A stretch of DNA of 64,000 bases from positions 18,414,001 to 18,478,000 of the forward strand of contig NC_043003.1 in the NCBI RefSeq assembly GCF_006345805.1, written 5' to 3'. This document shows, one piece after another, positions 63,743 through 64,000 of the stretch (position 1 is the first letter of the stretch; every line of letters starts with the position of its first letter). The notes beneath the pieces are model-generated. The model was given only the letters and a program-made list of their open reading frames with translations, had not been told where the DNA came from and made no database searches. Made by a program: the position numbers and the translations under genes. This stretch comes from Octopus sinensis. Its lineage: Eukaryota.

Positions 63743-64000
63743 TAATAATAATAAAAATGCAGTACTAGACAGTGGCTCTCATGGCTTCTGATCTTAACTG
63801 ATTGGAAGTGTTATCATGTACATTGTTTTGTCTTGGTATAAAAGATGGGCTACAGTAAATATTCTGCTCAATACCACAGATTTGCTTGTCAGTTGTTTGA
63901 CCTTACAAGTTGACCATGTCCCTTAGTGGTTGACGATATGTGCATCTCTGATCACAAGCAGAAGTAGTGGGGGAGCATCATAGATGTGGGTTGAAAGGAA

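Overview
AT-rich, repeat-saturated eukaryotic DNA. The SINE families, RTE LINE and dense (TA)n/(CA)n/(ATT)n/(CAT)n microsatellites resemble an octopus (coleoid cephalopod) intergenic or intronic region; this is inferred from the repeat landscape, not from a search. I could not recognise any host protein-coding exon, rRNA, true tRNA gene or CRISPR array. The ORF-track proteins I could identify are transposon remnants; most of the rest are microsatellite translations or antisense shadows. Main contents: (1) a young 5'-truncated RTE LINE (9388-12224, minus) with a PHD-like C4HC3 finger inside its RT C-terminus and a tandem-repeat 3' UTR. (2) Fragments of Dong/R4 (RLE), Tx1/L1, Penelope (GIY-YIG, twice), other RTE lineages, Gypsy integrase, mariner and Tc1. 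(3) Three non-autonomous Helitrons, Merlin-like, piggyBac-like and Tc1/mariner MITEs. (4) Three abundant tRNA-headed SINE families with interchangeable tails. The least explained elements are a CpG-rich 230-bp x3 tandem repeat with symmetric NRF1/ETS-like sites and a long hairpin (45938-46629), and a recurring set of fold-back palindromes (15.8, 17.2-17.7, 27.8-28.1, 29.3-29.6 and 61.2-61.5 kb). Boundaries of degraded repeats are approximate.
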